Positions 1-10,212 of a stretch of 64,000 nucleotides of DNA are shown in pieces. Source of the DNA: an uncultured Acidobacteriota bacterium (GTDB taxonomy: Bacteria; Acidobacteriota; UBA6911); the NCBI GenBank assembly GCA_963827655.1, contig CAWHCF010000041.1:32001-96000 (forward strand). The letters are read 5' to 3'. The position numbers and the translations under genes were made by a program. Within the stretch, counting starts at the first letter, position 1; each line of letters begins with the position of its first letter. The notes beneath the pieces are model-generated. The model made no database searches. It was not told the DNA's origin and saw nothing but the letters and a program-made list of their open reading frames with translations.

Positions 1-112
1 CGGTGATCGCGGGTCGCCTGGGATTTCCTGTCTCGCTCCCCTCCCTCCCCATCCCCGTCACCATCTCCCTCACCCTCTCCTCGGCGAGGCATAAAACCGT
101 AACGGAGCCACC

Positions 113-1579
113 ATGAACCGTCAGCGTTTCCTAGCCGTATCGGTCGCCTTCTTCTGGCTCGGCTTCCCGGGCGCGCTTACGGCGCAGAGGAAGGCCGGAG
201 AACTGAAACTCGAGCCCTACTCGTTCGATGGCGGCCGGGGAGAAAAGGTGGATGCGGAAATGGGGCGACTGACCGTGCCGGAGAGCCGAACCAGGCCCTC
301 CGGCAGATTGGTCGAGCTGCGCTTCGTTCGGTTCAAGAGCACCGCAGCGGCGCCGGGATCGCCCGTGGTCTACCTGGCCGGAGGGCCCGGCGGCTCCGGG
401 ATCGCGACCGCGCGCGGCGGCCGATTCCCGCTCTTCATGGCGATGCGACAGGTCGGGGACGTCATCGCGCTCGACCAGCGAGGCACCGGACTCTCGGAAC
501 CAAGGCTGGTTTGCCCTGAAACCCTGGACTATCCGCTCGATCGACCGGGCAACCGCGAAGAGATGCTGCATCTCATGACCGGCAAGGCCCGCTCCTGCGC
601 CGAATCATTCCGGAGCCAGGGAGTGGACCTTTCCGCCTACAACACCAGCGAGAGCGCCGATGATCTCGAAAGCTTGAGAGCGGCGCTCGGGGCTCCAAAG
701 ATCAGCCTGTGGAGCATCAGCTACGGTACTCATCTGGCGCTGGCCGCGTTGCGCAGGCATGAGAAAGGCATCGACCGCGTGATCCTGGCGGGTGTGGAAG
801 GACCCGACCACACGGCCAAGCTGCCGGGCAATATCCAAAAGGCGCTCGAGACGGTGAACGAGCTGATGAAAAAAGACCCCGCGGTTACATCGAAGATCCC
901 GGACTTCATAAGCCTGATCCGCCAGCTCGGAGCTCGTCTCGATCAGGACCCGGTTACGGTCGAAACCACCGAGCCGAGGACCCGTGAAAAGGTCAAGGTC
1001 ACGCTCGGCAGGTTCGACCTCGAATTGGTCCTGGCTCAATCGCTGGGCGATTCGGGGGCGGTGCTAGCCTATCCCGCTGTCGCGTATCGCATGTCGCAGG
1101 GGGACTTCTCCTTTCTGGCTCAGCGGGTTCTGCAGCTGCGGCGCTACCCGTTGGGTCTCATGATGTCGTACACCATGGACTGTGCTTCCGGAGCTTCGCC
1201 GGAACGAACGGCCCGAATTCTTCTCGAAGAGAAACAGACCCTGCTGGGGCGACTGATAGATCTGCCGTTTCCGGAGATCTGCCGGGCATGGGGCGTGCCG
1301 GATCTGGGCGCCGTGTTCCGAAGCCCCGTGAAGTCGCGAGTCCCGACGTTGTTCATCAGCGGAACCCTGGATGCGCGAACCCCGGTGAGCAATGCCGAAG
1401 AAGTGCGGCAAGGATTTTCCGAGAGCGCCCACCTCATCATCGAAGGGGCGGCCCACAGCGACGATCTCTTTCTGTCTTCGCCTCAGATCCAGCAGGTCAT
1501 GCTGGAATTCATGAAGGGCCAGAAGCTCTCGACCACCCGCATCACACTGCCTCCACCCCGGTTTTCGACGATACCGTAG
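113..1579 (+). CDS. Secreted alpha/beta hydrolase (peptidase S33 / TAP-like family)
   Basis: Signal peptide; YLAGGPGGSG, DQRGTG, nucleophile elbow SISYGT, SGTLDARTP and GAAH motifs; GGAG RBS upstream. Confidence 0.85.
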   Translation: MNRQRFLAVSVAFFWLGFPGALTAQRKAGELKLEPYSFDGGRGEKVDAEMGRLTVPESRTRPSGRLVELRFVRFKSTAAAPGSPVVYLAGGPGGSGIATARGGRFPLFMAMRQVGDVIALDQRGTGLSEPRLVCPETLDYPLDRPGNREEMLHLMTGKARSCAESFRSQGVDLSAYNTSESADDLESLRAALGAPKISLWSISYGTHLALAALRRHEKGIDRVILAGVEGPDHTAKLPGNIQKALETVNELMKKDPAVTSKIPDFISLIRQLGARLDQDPVTVETTEPRTREKVKVTLGRFDLELVLAQSLGDSGAVLAYPAVAYRMSQGDFSFLAQRVLQLRRYPLGLMMSYTMDCASGASPERTARILLEEKQTLLGRLIDLPFPEICRAWGVPDLGAVFRSPVKSRVPTLFISGTLDARTPVSNAEEVRQGFSESAHLIIEGAAHSDDLFLSSPQIQQVMLEFMKGQKLSTTRITLPPPRFSTIP

Positions 1580-1626
1580 CCTTAGCCTAGCCTAGTTCTT
1601 CGCGAAACCCGACTCCACCGGTTGCT

Positions 1627-1808
1627 GAGGCCCGAAGGGCCGAGAAAAATAAGCCCGGGGTTTTCAGAGCGTAGACATCGAGCCCAAGGGGCGACACAAA
1701 ATCCTTGCGCGACTTGGCTTTTGTGCCGCCCTTTCAGGGCTCCATTGTTTTTGCCGCCTGACCCCGGGCTCACGCCCGGGCTATTCTCGTGCCGCCCCTT
1801 CGGGGCTC
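1627..1808. repeat. REP-like nested palindromic intergenic element
   Basis: Outer arms gaggcccgaagggc...aagcccggg and cccgggct...gccccttcggggctc; inner stem agcccaaggggcgacacaaaa / ttttgtgccgccctttcagggct. Confidence 0.6.
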
Positions 1809-1978
1809 GGGCTGCAGGAACGCCGGATTCCGCAAATTCTGCGCCTGCGGCAACGTCTGGTGTATGATTCACAGGCTTCGGGGAGCTGGTGCAGTCTGCA
1901 CAAGTCGCCCTCACGAAGCAGCCGATCACGATAAGACGGCGCCTCGCTCTTGTCCGACGGCGCCGAAAGAGAGGATTC

Positions 1979-2914
1979 ATGGTCGAAGCTCCATCACGCG
2001 ATCAGGCATGGCCGGCCCTGCCGCTCGAAGCCTGGGCTGACGCGTGCGCCACGCTGCACATGTGGATCCAGATTGTCGGCAAGATCCGCTTTCGCGCCAG
2101 CCCGCCGATCAATCATGGCTGGCACTCCACGCTGTACGTCACGTCGCGCGGGTTGACGACATCGCCCATTCCGCACGGGCTGCGGACGTTTCAGATCGAC
2201 TTCGACTTCATCGACCATGTCCTGGTAGTCCAGGTGAGCGACGGGGGGACGGCCCGGGTGATGCTCGAGCCCCAGACCGTGGCCGCGTTCTATCGCCGGT
2301 TGATGGAAGCTCTGCGCACGCTCGGGATCGAGGTGCGAATCTATGGGAGGCCGAACGAGGTGCCGGACCCGATCCCGTTCGAGCGCGACGAGGTCCACCG
2401 GGCGTACGATGCCGAGTACGTCCACCGCTTCTGGCGCGTCCTGGTTCAGTCGGATCGAGTGTTCAAGGAGTTCCGCGCCCGCTTCATCGGCAAGTGCAGC
2501 CCCGTGCATCTCTTCTGGGGCGCCCTCGATCTGGCGGTCACGCGCTTTTCGGGACGGCCGGCGCCGGAGCATCCCGGCGGAATCCCCAACCTTCCCGATC
2601 GGGTGACGCGTGAAGCGTACTCGCACGAAGTGAGCAGTTGCGGATTCTGGGCCGGCAGCGGCATCGGACATCCGGCGTTCTACTCTTACGCCTACGCGGA
2701 GCCGGCCGGATTTGGCCAGGCGCGCGTCCGGCCGGACCAGGCCTTCTACAGCGCCGACTTCCGCGAATTCATCCTGCCGTACGACATTGTCCGACAGGCG
2801 GACGATCCTGACCGGACGCTGCTCGAGTTTCTGCAATCCACTTACGAAGCGGCGGCAAACCTGGCCCGATGGGATCGGGCAGGGTTGGAAAAAGCAGTAG
2901 GCGGTCGTCCGTAG
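1979..2914 (+). CDS. DUF5996-family protein
   Basis: WPALP..W..TLHMWIQIVGKIR, GKCSPVHLFWGALDLAVTRFSGR and EAYSHEVSSCGFW motifs; GAGG RBS before ATG 1979. Confidence 0.8.
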   Translation: MVEAPSRDQAWPALPLEAWADACATLHMWIQIVGKIRFRASPPINHGWHSTLYVTSRGLTTSPIPHGLRTFQIDFDFIDHVLVVQVSDGGTARVMLEPQTVAAFYRRLMEALRTLGIEVRIYGRPNEVPDPIPFERDEVHRAYDAEYVHRFWRVLVQSDRVFKEFRARFIGKCSPVHLFWGALDLAVTRFSGRPAPEHPGGIPNLPDRVTREAYSHEVSSCGFWAGSGIGHPAFYSYAYAEPAGFGQARVRPDQAFYSADFREFILPYDIVRQADDPDRTLLEFLQSTYEAAANLARWDRAGLEKAVGGRP

Positions 2915-2968
2915 GCAGTACGCAGTAACAACTCGCCTGCTTACTGGCTATTGCCTGCTGCCTTACTG
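2911..2968. repeat. Inverted heptamer repeat hairpin (GTAGGCA-type)
   Basis: gtaggca gtacgca gtaa ... ctgctta ctggcta ttgcctg ctgcctta ctg, located at a gene 3' end. Confidence 0.5.
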
Positions 2969-2972
2969 AATT

Positions 2973-3980
2973 ATGAAATCCGGAGTCAAACAATCGGACC
3001 TGGCCGCAGACTCTGATGCAGCCGGTGGCGAACACGGCAACTCGTGTCCGGCTTGCCAAAGCGCGGCCTCCCGCACCCTGTTCGAAGCGACCGACCGCCT
3101 TTACCGCACCACCACCAGGAATTTTCGAATCATCGAATGCCGGCAATGCCGGCTGATCCGCCTTTTCCCCCTGCCAGACGCCGGCGAACTGCGCGCGTAT
3201 TATCCCGACGATTACTGGTTCACTCCCGAGGCCGAAACCGTCGATCACCTGGAGGAACTCTATCGCCGCTTCGTCCTGCGGGATCATTTGAACTTCGTGT
3301 GCCACGCTCTCGGATCTTCGCAGGCAGACGGCCCCGTCCTCGACGTCGGATGCGGGGGCGGGCTGTTCCTGAGGATGCTCGCCGAGCGTGGATACCGCGT
3401 CGCCGGACTCGACTTCAGCCCGGCCGCCGCGAGACTCGCGTGGAAAGGCAACGCTGTGCCTGTGGTCTGTGGAACCCTGTCCAACGCGCCGCTGGCCCCG
3501 AACAGTTGCTCTGCCGTCACCATGTTTCACGTCCTGGAACACGTCGAGGATCCCTATGCGTATCTCGCCGAGGCCCGCAGGCTGTTGAAGACAGGGGGCC
3601 GTGTGATATTGCAGGTACCGAACGCCGCTTGCTGGCAGTTTCGTCTGCTGGGAAAAAAATGGAGCGGACTGGATGTGCCGCGTCACCTGTGGAATTTCCG
3701 TCCCCGCAATCTGGACCTGCTTCTCGACCGCAGCGGGTTTGAAGTCGTACGGCGAAAATACTTCTCTCTGCGCGACAATCCGGCGGGGCTTGCCACCAGT
3801 CTTGCACCCTGGTTGGATCCAATGGCACGCCGGATCCGCCGTGTCCGTGAATCTCAACCGATGCGATTGTGCAAGAACCTGATTTATTTCTGCCTTGTGC
3901 TCGCCTGCCTCCCCTTTGCGGTCCTCGAGGCCGCCTGCCGCGCCGGTTCAACGGTGATGGTGGAGGCGCGCAGAAAATAA
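2973..3980 (+). CDS. Class I SAM-dependent methyltransferase with N-terminal Zn-binding motif
   Basis: CPAC...CRQC; VLDVGCGGG; MFHVLEHVEDP; VPRHLW. Confidence 0.85.
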   Translation: MKSGVKQSDLAADSDAAGGEHGNSCPACQSAASRTLFEATDRLYRTTTRNFRIIECRQCRLIRLFPLPDAGELRAYYPDDYWFTPEAETVDHLEELYRRFVLRDHLNFVCHALGSSQADGPVLDVGCGGGLFLRMLAERGYRVAGLDFSPAAARLAWKGNAVPVVCGTLSNAPLAPNSCSAVTMFHVLEHVEDPYAYLAEARRLLKTGGRVILQVPNAACWQFRLLGKKWSGLDVPRHLWNFRPRNLDLLLDRSGFEVVRRKYFSLRDNPAGLATSLAPWLDPMARRIRRVRESQPMRLCKNLIYFCLVLACLPFAVLEAACRAGSTVMVEARRK

Positions 3981-4669
3981 TGAGATACGGCACACTCCCG
4001 CGTTTGTTGCCACGCTTCATGCGCAACTACGTGCTCGACTTCGAATGCTCGATCGAACGCGCAGTATCCGCGTTTGCGGCCGACCTCCCCTCCGGCGCGC
4101 GGGTCCTGGATGCGGGTGCCGGCGAGGGAAAGTACAACGGTTTCTTTCGGAATCACCGCTATTGCGGCGTCGATTTTGCCATGGGCGACGCGAAGTGGGA
4201 CTACGGAAGCCTGGATGCGGTTGCCGACCTTCTTGCGCTCCCTTTCCATGATGAGTGTTTCGATGCCTGTCTGAACATCGTGACTCTGGAACATGTGCGC
4301 GAACCGGCCTGTGTGCTCGGAGAGATCGCAAGAACCCTGAGGCCAGGCGGCCGACTGCTGCTGGTTGTGCCGCAGGATTGGGAAGTGCACCAGCCGCCGC
4401 ACGACTACTTTCGCTTCACACGCTACGGCGTCCGCCACCTGCTCGAAAGCGCCGGCTTCACAGACATCAGCATTCAACCGGCCGGCGGATTCTTCCGTCT
4501 GCTTGCCCGGAGGCTGCTGAATGGGCTGCAGTTCTTCCCGCCGGTTTTGGTCCTGCCGGCCGCTTTGTTTCTGGTTCCGCCGGCGCTTGTGCTGCCGCTG
4601 TTCGATTTCCTCGATCGCGAACGCAACTTCACTCTGGGCTACGTGTGCGTGGCGAGGGGGCCCCGCTGA
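3980..4669 (+). CDS. Class I SAM-dependent methyltransferase (type 11-like)
   Basis: VLDAGAGEG, LEHVREP and PHDYFRFT motifs; TAATG stop/start overlap with the upstream gene. Confidence 0.85.
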   Translation: MRYGTLPRLLPRFMRNYVLDFECSIERAVSAFAADLPSGARVLDAGAGEGKYNGFFRNHRYCGVDFAMGDAKWDYGSLDAVADLLALPFHDECFDACLNIVTLEHVREPACVLGEIARTLRPGGRLLLVVPQDWEVHQPPHDYFRFTRYGVRHLLESAGFTDISIQPAGGFFRLLARRLLNGLQFFPPVLVLPAALFLVPPALVLPLFDFLDRERNFTLGYVCVARGPR

Positions 4670-4998
4670 CCTGCGCCGCCTCCTGCGCGCCGGGAACATC
4701 TTGCCCGCTACCCAGACCGTGCTCTATGATCCAGCATCAGGAGCGCGAGGTAAACAGGTCGAAGGTCCGCTCCGACGTGTAGCATCTTCGGCGCTCGTTG
4801 CCAAACCTGATCTCTGTCCGGGCGAACAAATACCACGCAGGACATCGAGCTGACCCTGAAGGGACCGGGAAGCGAAACGTGACAGCTGACTCGACTTCGC
4901 TTCGCAACTGAACACTGGAGTGGACAGCATGTGGATTCGTCAAAGGCAACTGGATCTCCCTTGCACATCCGGGCATTGCCCGAAGCGTCGTCCTGGGC

Positions 4999-6018
4999 GT
5001 GGCCGTGGCGGTGTTCTCGTCTGCGGTGAACCCGGTACCGGGATTCGCGCAGAGCCATACCTTTCCCGGACGGCTCGACGCTTACCTGAAAAAAACGGTC
5101 CGTCTGACCGATCAGGAGCGCAGCATTCTGGTGGGCGGCGCTCCCGTAACGAAGCTCCTCGACTCGGATCCCGCGACCGAGGTCGCGGTCTTTGGCGCCG
5201 TCTGGGTGGCTGCGCCTCCGGAACTCTATGTGCGAGCCGTGACCGACATCGAGAACTTCGAAAAGGGCGAAAACTTTCGTATCACGAAGAAGATCAGCGA
5301 TCCGCCGCGGCCCGAAGATTTCGCGCAGCTCGTCCTGCCGGACGACGATATCGCGGACCTGCGCGAGTGCCAGGTAGGCAACTGCGCAATCAAGCTCAGT
5401 CAGAACGCGCTCGAGCGCGTACGCAAGGCGGTCGACTGGTCGAAGCCGACCGCCTCGGCGGATGTGAACGCCCTGGTCAAGCAGCTCGCCCTGGAGTATG
5501 CGAAGGCGTACCGTGAGGGGGGTAACTCGCGTCTGGCGGAATATCGGGACCAGGATCGTCCCACGTTCGTGGCCAAGGAATTCGAATCCATGGTGAACCG
5601 GATGCCGGAGCTGACCGAGTACATGCCCGACCTGCGGCGTTACCTGCTCGAGTACCCGAAATACACCATTCCAGGTTCGACGTTCTTTCTCTACTGGCAG
5701 GAGGCGGTGTTCGGGCTCAAGCCGACGATCCGCATCAACCACGTCGTGATTGCCGAACGGCCCGAGGCCGTCGCCGTCGCCTCGAAGCAGATTTATGCCA
5801 GCCACTATTTCTGGACGGCGCTCGAGCTCCGCGTGCTCGTTCCCGACCCATCGCGTGGCAAGGGTTTCTGGTTTATAAATGTCAATCGGAGCCGCTCGGA
5901 TGGTCTCTCCGGTTTCGTCGGCCGCATGATTCGCGGCAAGGTCCGCAGCGAGGCGCAAAGCGGCATGGAAGCCGTGCTGAAAATCACAAAGACGACGCTC
6001 GAGAAGCAGGCGCGGTGA
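4999..6018 (+). CDS. Exported hypothetical protein (start uncertain)
   Basis: 339-aa ORF with GC3-biased codons, hydrophobic N-terminus and SKQIYASHYF segment; no family recognised. Confidence 0.65.
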   Translation: MAVAVFSSAVNPVPGFAQSHTFPGRLDAYLKKTVRLTDQERSILVGGAPVTKLLDSDPATEVAVFGAVWVAAPPELYVRAVTDIENFEKGENFRITKKISDPPRPEDFAQLVLPDDDIADLRECQVGNCAIKLSQNALERVRKAVDWSKPTASADVNALVKQLALEYAKAYREGGNSRLAEYRDQDRPTFVAKEFESMVNRMPELTEYMPDLRRYLLEYPKYTIPGSTFFLYWQEAVFGLKPTIRINHVVIAERPEAVAVASKQIYASHYFWTALELRVLVPDPSRGKGFWFINVNRSRSDGLSGFVGRMIRGKVRSEAQSGMEAVLKITKTTLEKQAR

Positions 6019-6023
6019 TCACT

Positions 6024-6097
6024 TGTCATTGGTCATTGGTCATTAATCATTTGTACATGTCGAATGACGACAATGACTAATGACCAATGAGAAATGA
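6024..6097. repeat. Inverted heptamer repeat hairpin (TCATTGG/CAATGAC) between convergent genes
   Basis: gtcattggtcattggtcattaatcatt ... aatgacgacaatgactaatgaccaatga. Confidence 0.7.
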
Positions 6098-6820
6098 GTC
6101 AGTGTGTTTGTCTTTTGAAGATCTCAGGTTGATCCAGGACAAGACCAGATTCGCCAGGTTGGTCATCGCCAACTCCAGGTTCTGATCGAAATCGGATGGC
6201 GCAGTGCTGCCGGCGGTATCCGTAATCCCTCGAATCTCCAGGAAAGGCACCCGGCTGAATCGACACGCCCGGGCTCCACCGGCTCCTTCCCAGGCTACTG
6301 CCAGTGCCTTTGTTTGCCGGCAGAGAGCCAGTCGTCTTGCATGATCGACAACATCTTCGTCTCCACTCGCTACCGTTCCGAAGTGCACGCCAAATGACTG
6401 CTGCGCCGAGACCAGCCGCAGTTCGGCGATCGCCGCCGGCGCGCCTTCGAATCGGGGCATTGGCCGAGAATTGAACTTGTTCTGATAATCGTGTTCCAAG
6501 GTCACCGTGGCCACAATCACGTCGCCCACGGCCACATCGTCCGCCAGGGCCCCGGCCGCGCCGGCGCAAATAACCAGGCCCCAGCCAGAATCCGTATCCA
6601 ATAGGTGCTGCGTCTGAAGGGCGAACTGGGCTTTCCCGGTCCCGCCAGAAGCAAGCGTCAGACCGAGATCGGGCAGGCGGACCACCTGCAAGCGGCCAAG
6701 CGGCGACCGAAGCGCCCGATGTCCAAGCCTGGTGTACGCCCCCAGGACGAACTCGAGTTCCTTGCGCAGGGGCATCATGACAAGTGTTTCAGCTTCTCTG
6801 CTCCGGGACATTTCGGTCAA
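6077..6820 (-). CDS. MTA/SAH nucleosidase-like protein (PNP_UDP_1 family)
   Basis: GGTGKA, ICAGAAGAL..VGDVIVA, GTVASGD, AWEGAG and IRGITD motifs. Confidence 0.8.
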   Translation of the reverse strand: MTEMSRSREAETLVMMPLRKELEFVLGAYTRLGHRALRSPLGRLQVVRLPDLGLTLASGGTGKAQFALQTQHLLDTDSGWGLVICAGAAGALADDVAVGDVIVATVTLEHDYQNKFNSRPMPRFEGAPAAIAELRLVSAQQSFGVHFGTVASGDEDVVDHARRLALCRQTKALAVAWEGAGGARACRFSRVPFLEIRGITDTAGSTAPSDFDQNLELAMTNLANLVLSWINLRSSKDKHTDSFLIGH

Positions 6821-6903
6821 GGAACCATCGGCGCTTCGACGCCGCTCGCCGGCACGCGACGCGGGACGGCGACTCGCGGTGGTAAGAGTAAAAAACCACG
6901 GTT

Positions 6904-8287
6904 CTATCGTCGAGCCAGGTCATATAGCCGGTTCGAGAATCCCGCCATCGCCTGAGTCAACGGCTTGTAGTAATTTCCCCACGGATCCTGCACGCCGGAA
7001 TGCTGCTTTTCCTGCTGCTGCGCCTTCAAGCCGTCGATCCACCCGCACCACGTCCAGCCCACAAAGTCACTCCGGGCGAAGGCGTGCTCACCGAATTCCA
7101 GGAACCGCCCTGCCCGCTCCTGCTGGCTGGCGCAATGCGGACCATAAGGATTGGGCATCTGATCGTAAGGCACTGCGTATGACGAATCGCCGTTGAAGAG
7201 AGCCTTGCCGGTGAGCCGCGACCAGGCGTCGAGTTTGGGCTTCTGCTCCTCCCAGAAGCCGTACATCTGATAAAACACGAGGTCCGCGTGCCGCCCGGCC
7301 AGTCTCACTATCGAGTCCGGCGTGTCGGTATTGCCGTTGAGCTTGTCGCCCAGAACAAGATGATTTGGATCGTAGCGGCGAATCGATGCCACGGCCACCG
7401 CGTAATAGCGGTCGACGACGCGCTCCAGAAAGAACAGGTTGTCTCTGGTTTCGAGGGCGTTGTTTGCGTCCGTCTGCGGCCTCCAGTTCATCGCGTGCTC
7501 AAGCGCCTCGAAAGAAGAGAATGCGGTTCCGTAGACGACGTTGAACCGGGTAATGTCTCCGCCATACAACTCCCGCATCGCCGCGGTGTAAGCTCGTTTC
7601 CCGGGGCTGGACCCTTCGAGGTTCCTCAATACGCGCGGCCAGGTAGGCAATCCCTTGCGAACGGCGCCGTACACGCTGTTGCTCCGCGGCGCGGCGTCCA
7701 GATCGGTGAAGACCGGGCAGTCGGTCATGAAGTAGCCGATCAGCCAGGCATCGTCTTTTCTCGGCAGCACTTCGGACTGCGCCACACGGTCGCAGTGTGA
7801 CTCGAACGCGGGAGAGAACACATCGAGGAAGTCGGATTCGGAGGGAGTCATGTAATGGCAGATATCGACGAAGCGCGCGGTGTGGATGTAGGGAACTGCG
7901 CCGGACGGGAGGTCGCGCAACGACGAGTGAACGCCGAGCGTGTTCATCCCCAGAGCGGCAAGATCTTCCCGCACTTTCTGCGCGTACCCGGCGGCAAACT
8001 GGCGGACATCGGAAGCGTCCCGGGCGCCGAAGGTCTTCGTCCAGTGGTCGATGCACTGCGGCCGCCGCAGCAAACCAGGGGTGACGTGATTCAATCCGAA
8101 AGAAAGGAATGCGTTGCCCTCCGGCGTCACCAGCCACCAGCGGTCCTTCTTTTCAAGCCGGAAAAAACCCGTTCCATTGAACCGGACATCCGGACAACCG
8201 CCGAACTTGTCTCTTAAGCGGGAAGGCGGCCGGCAACAGAGCCAGCCCTTTCAGAAAATCGCGTCGGAGCAAAGTCCTCATTGCCAT
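6904..8287 (-). CDS. Tat-exported glycoside hydrolase-like protein (beta-agarase/GH50-like), frameshifted near 8225
   Basis: Tat leader MRTLLRRDFLKGLALL is in one frame; DKFGG..TGFFRLEKKDRWWLVTPEGNAFLSFGLNH, LIGYF and IRRYDPNHLVLG are in the next frame. Confidence 0.6.
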
Positions 8288-8319
8288 CCTTATAATGCGC
8301 CGAACAGACTATCGCCAGA

Positions 8320-8922
8320 CTACGCGCCCAGCGCAACCCAGGCGGCCAGGGTAGCCATCTTCTCCTCGGCACCCCAGGGTCGACCCGCGGCACGGCCCAA
8401 CTGCGCTATGGCTTCCTTGAGGTCGTCCGGCGAACGGCCGAGTAGAGCACCCGCCTTGGCGTAAGCCTCGCTCTCCACCAGGATCATCGATCGAGCGTCA
8501 CAGGCGGCGGCTCCCGCCTCGAGTACTTCCCGGAAGAGCCGGCCTTCTGAAGCATGGGCGCGGATGTGGGGGTTGCCAAGTTTACCGGGATCGCGATCGC
8601 TCCCCACGACCAGGCCGACTCCATGGAGCTTGAAGCCGCCGGCTCGCAACTTGCTTTCAAGGTCGCGTACCGCGCGATTGGCTATCGCCTGCACGGCATC
8701 TCTGGCGCGTCCCACGATTTTGGCTCCCGCCTCTTCAGTGAGTTCCAGCGCCGCGTGATAAGGCTCCCTGGTCTCGGGAAGGTCAGGATCCCACAGCTGC
8801 ACATCGCGCCGCTCCAGCAGGCGCGGCGCTTCGACAGGACCGGCCAGCAGCACCGCGATAGCGCGTGCCGTCTTGACGCGAAAGCCGATGGTTGCCGGGG
8901 AATCAGCCGGTCTCTGACTCAT
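8320..8922 (-). CDS. Conserved hypothetical protein
   Basis: 200-aa ORF from ATG 8922 with good codon bias; IGFRVKTARAIAVLL...EPYHAA...HASEGRLFRE...GRPWGAEEKMA. Confidence 0.65.
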   Translation of the reverse strand: MSQRPADSPATIGFRVKTARAIAVLLAGPVEAPRLLERRDVQLWDPDLPETREPYHAALELTEEAGAKIVGRARDAVQAIANRAVRDLESKLRAGGFKLHGVGLVVGSDRDPGKLGNPHIRAHASEGRLFREVLEAGAAACDARSMILVESEAYAKAGALLGRSPDDLKEAIAQLGRAAGRPWGAEEKMATLAAWVALGA

Positions 8923-9067
8923 CGTGTCCGATATTGCCCGCAGTTGTCGACGAGCCACCGCAGCTCGACTGCCTGTCAGTATCGCGCGGAATTTCCCGTT
9001 TGGGCAAGAGGGGTCTTGGCCGGGCGCGCCGAAAAACGGTATCCTTGGAGACTGCCGGGAGGACACT

Positions 9068-10099
9068 ATGTCTGCGCCCGAAAAAGTCTTCCACGAATCG
9101 GCTCTTGGATCGACGCCGATCCGAAATCTGGGACTTACCCTGGCGGGCACGCCGCTGGAGCCTGTGCTGGCCGGTTTTCTCGAGGAGGTCCGCAACGCGG
9201 GAATCGTTCGTCTGAAGCCCAGATTCTACCTCTCGACTGAATGGGGAGTTCCCTTTGACACGATTGCCATTGCGATTCCATTCTATCTGGCGCGGCCGGA
9301 GCTCACAGCTATCCATGCGGAACGCGCGGGATTGGTCGAAGGGAAAAGCCGCACCGATATTCTGCGTTATCTGCGCCACGAGATGGGTCACGTGGTGAAC
9401 TACGCCTACCAGCTTTACAACAATCAGGACTGGGTCAAGATCTTCGGGTCGATTACGCAGCCCTACGTCGAAGAGTATCGTCCAGAGCCTTTCAGCCGGC
9501 GTTTTGTGCGGCACTTGCCCGGATGGTACGCCCAGAAACATCCAGACGAGGATTGGGCCGAGACCTTCGCCGTGTGGATGACCCCGGGACTGAATTGGCG
9601 CGAAGAATACAAGGGCTGGCCGGACGCTCTGGCCAAGTTGCAGTACTGCGACCTCACCGTAGCAACTCTCTCGAACCAGGACCCCAAGGTCACAGCCGAT
9701 GAACTCGATGAAGACGTGGGTGAGGTCAGCCATTCAATCGATCAGTTCTATAGTGAGTTGTCCGAGACTGACGTGGAGTTTCCCCACGGGCTGGACGGGG
9801 CCTTGCGGGCTATCTTCGAAGATCTCGGCCAGCCCGAGGACACCGCACCCGATCTGCCACGGAAGGAGGCCTCGGCCCTGATCTTCAAACTGGAACGGGA
9901 CCTTACGGCAAACGTGTATCGCTGGACCGGTCACTTTCCCGAGCGCACCCGCCTGCTACTGCGTCACCTCGCCGGGCGCGCCGACTCGCTGCGGCAGGTC
10001 TATCCGGAAAACCAGGAGGTTCAGGCCGCCACGGCGCTTACTACCTTGATCACGGCGCTCGCCATGAATCATGTGCTGCGCGGAACCTACCTGCCTTAG
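9068..10099 (+). CDS. Putative zinc-binding metallopeptidase (zincin, Peptidase_Mx-like)
   Basis: LRHEMGH motif and YAQKHPDEDWAETFAVW; GGAGG RBS before ATG 9068. Confidence 0.85.
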   Translation: MSAPEKVFHESALGSTPIRNLGLTLAGTPLEPVLAGFLEEVRNAGIVRLKPRFYLSTEWGVPFDTIAIAIPFYLARPELTAIHAERAGLVEGKSRTDILRYLRHEMGHVVNYAYQLYNNQDWVKIFGSITQPYVEEYRPEPFSRRFVRHLPGWYAQKHPDEDWAETFAVWMTPGLNWREEYKGWPDALAKLQYCDLTVATLSNQDPKVTADELDEDVGEVSHSIDQFYSELSETDVEFPHGLDGALRAIFEDLGQPEDTAPDLPRKEASALIFKLERDLTANVYRWTGHFPERTRLLLRHLAGRADSLRQVYPENQEVQAATALTTLITALAMNHVLRGTYLP

Positions 10100-10212
10100 C
10101 GCTTAGCGAAGCGTTCAAACCAACATGTTGTCGTTCAGAAGGTGGCTGAACGCAGTCCGCACGAACCAATACCCCAAGACGCTAAAACGCAAAGAAGCAC
10201 TCAGGAAATCGC

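Noticed and set aside
4879-4998. In-frame TGA at 4909 upstream of the 4999 ORF as selenocysteine or readthrough
   Set aside because: There is no redox motif context or recognisable SECIS, so an uncertain start codon is the simpler explanation.
4708-5958. Long antisense ORFs (e.g. 4708-5958, 12756-14144, 26845-28041, 2769-3857)
   Set aside because: They lie opposite well-supported genes, have no motifs, and are expected in high-GC DNA.
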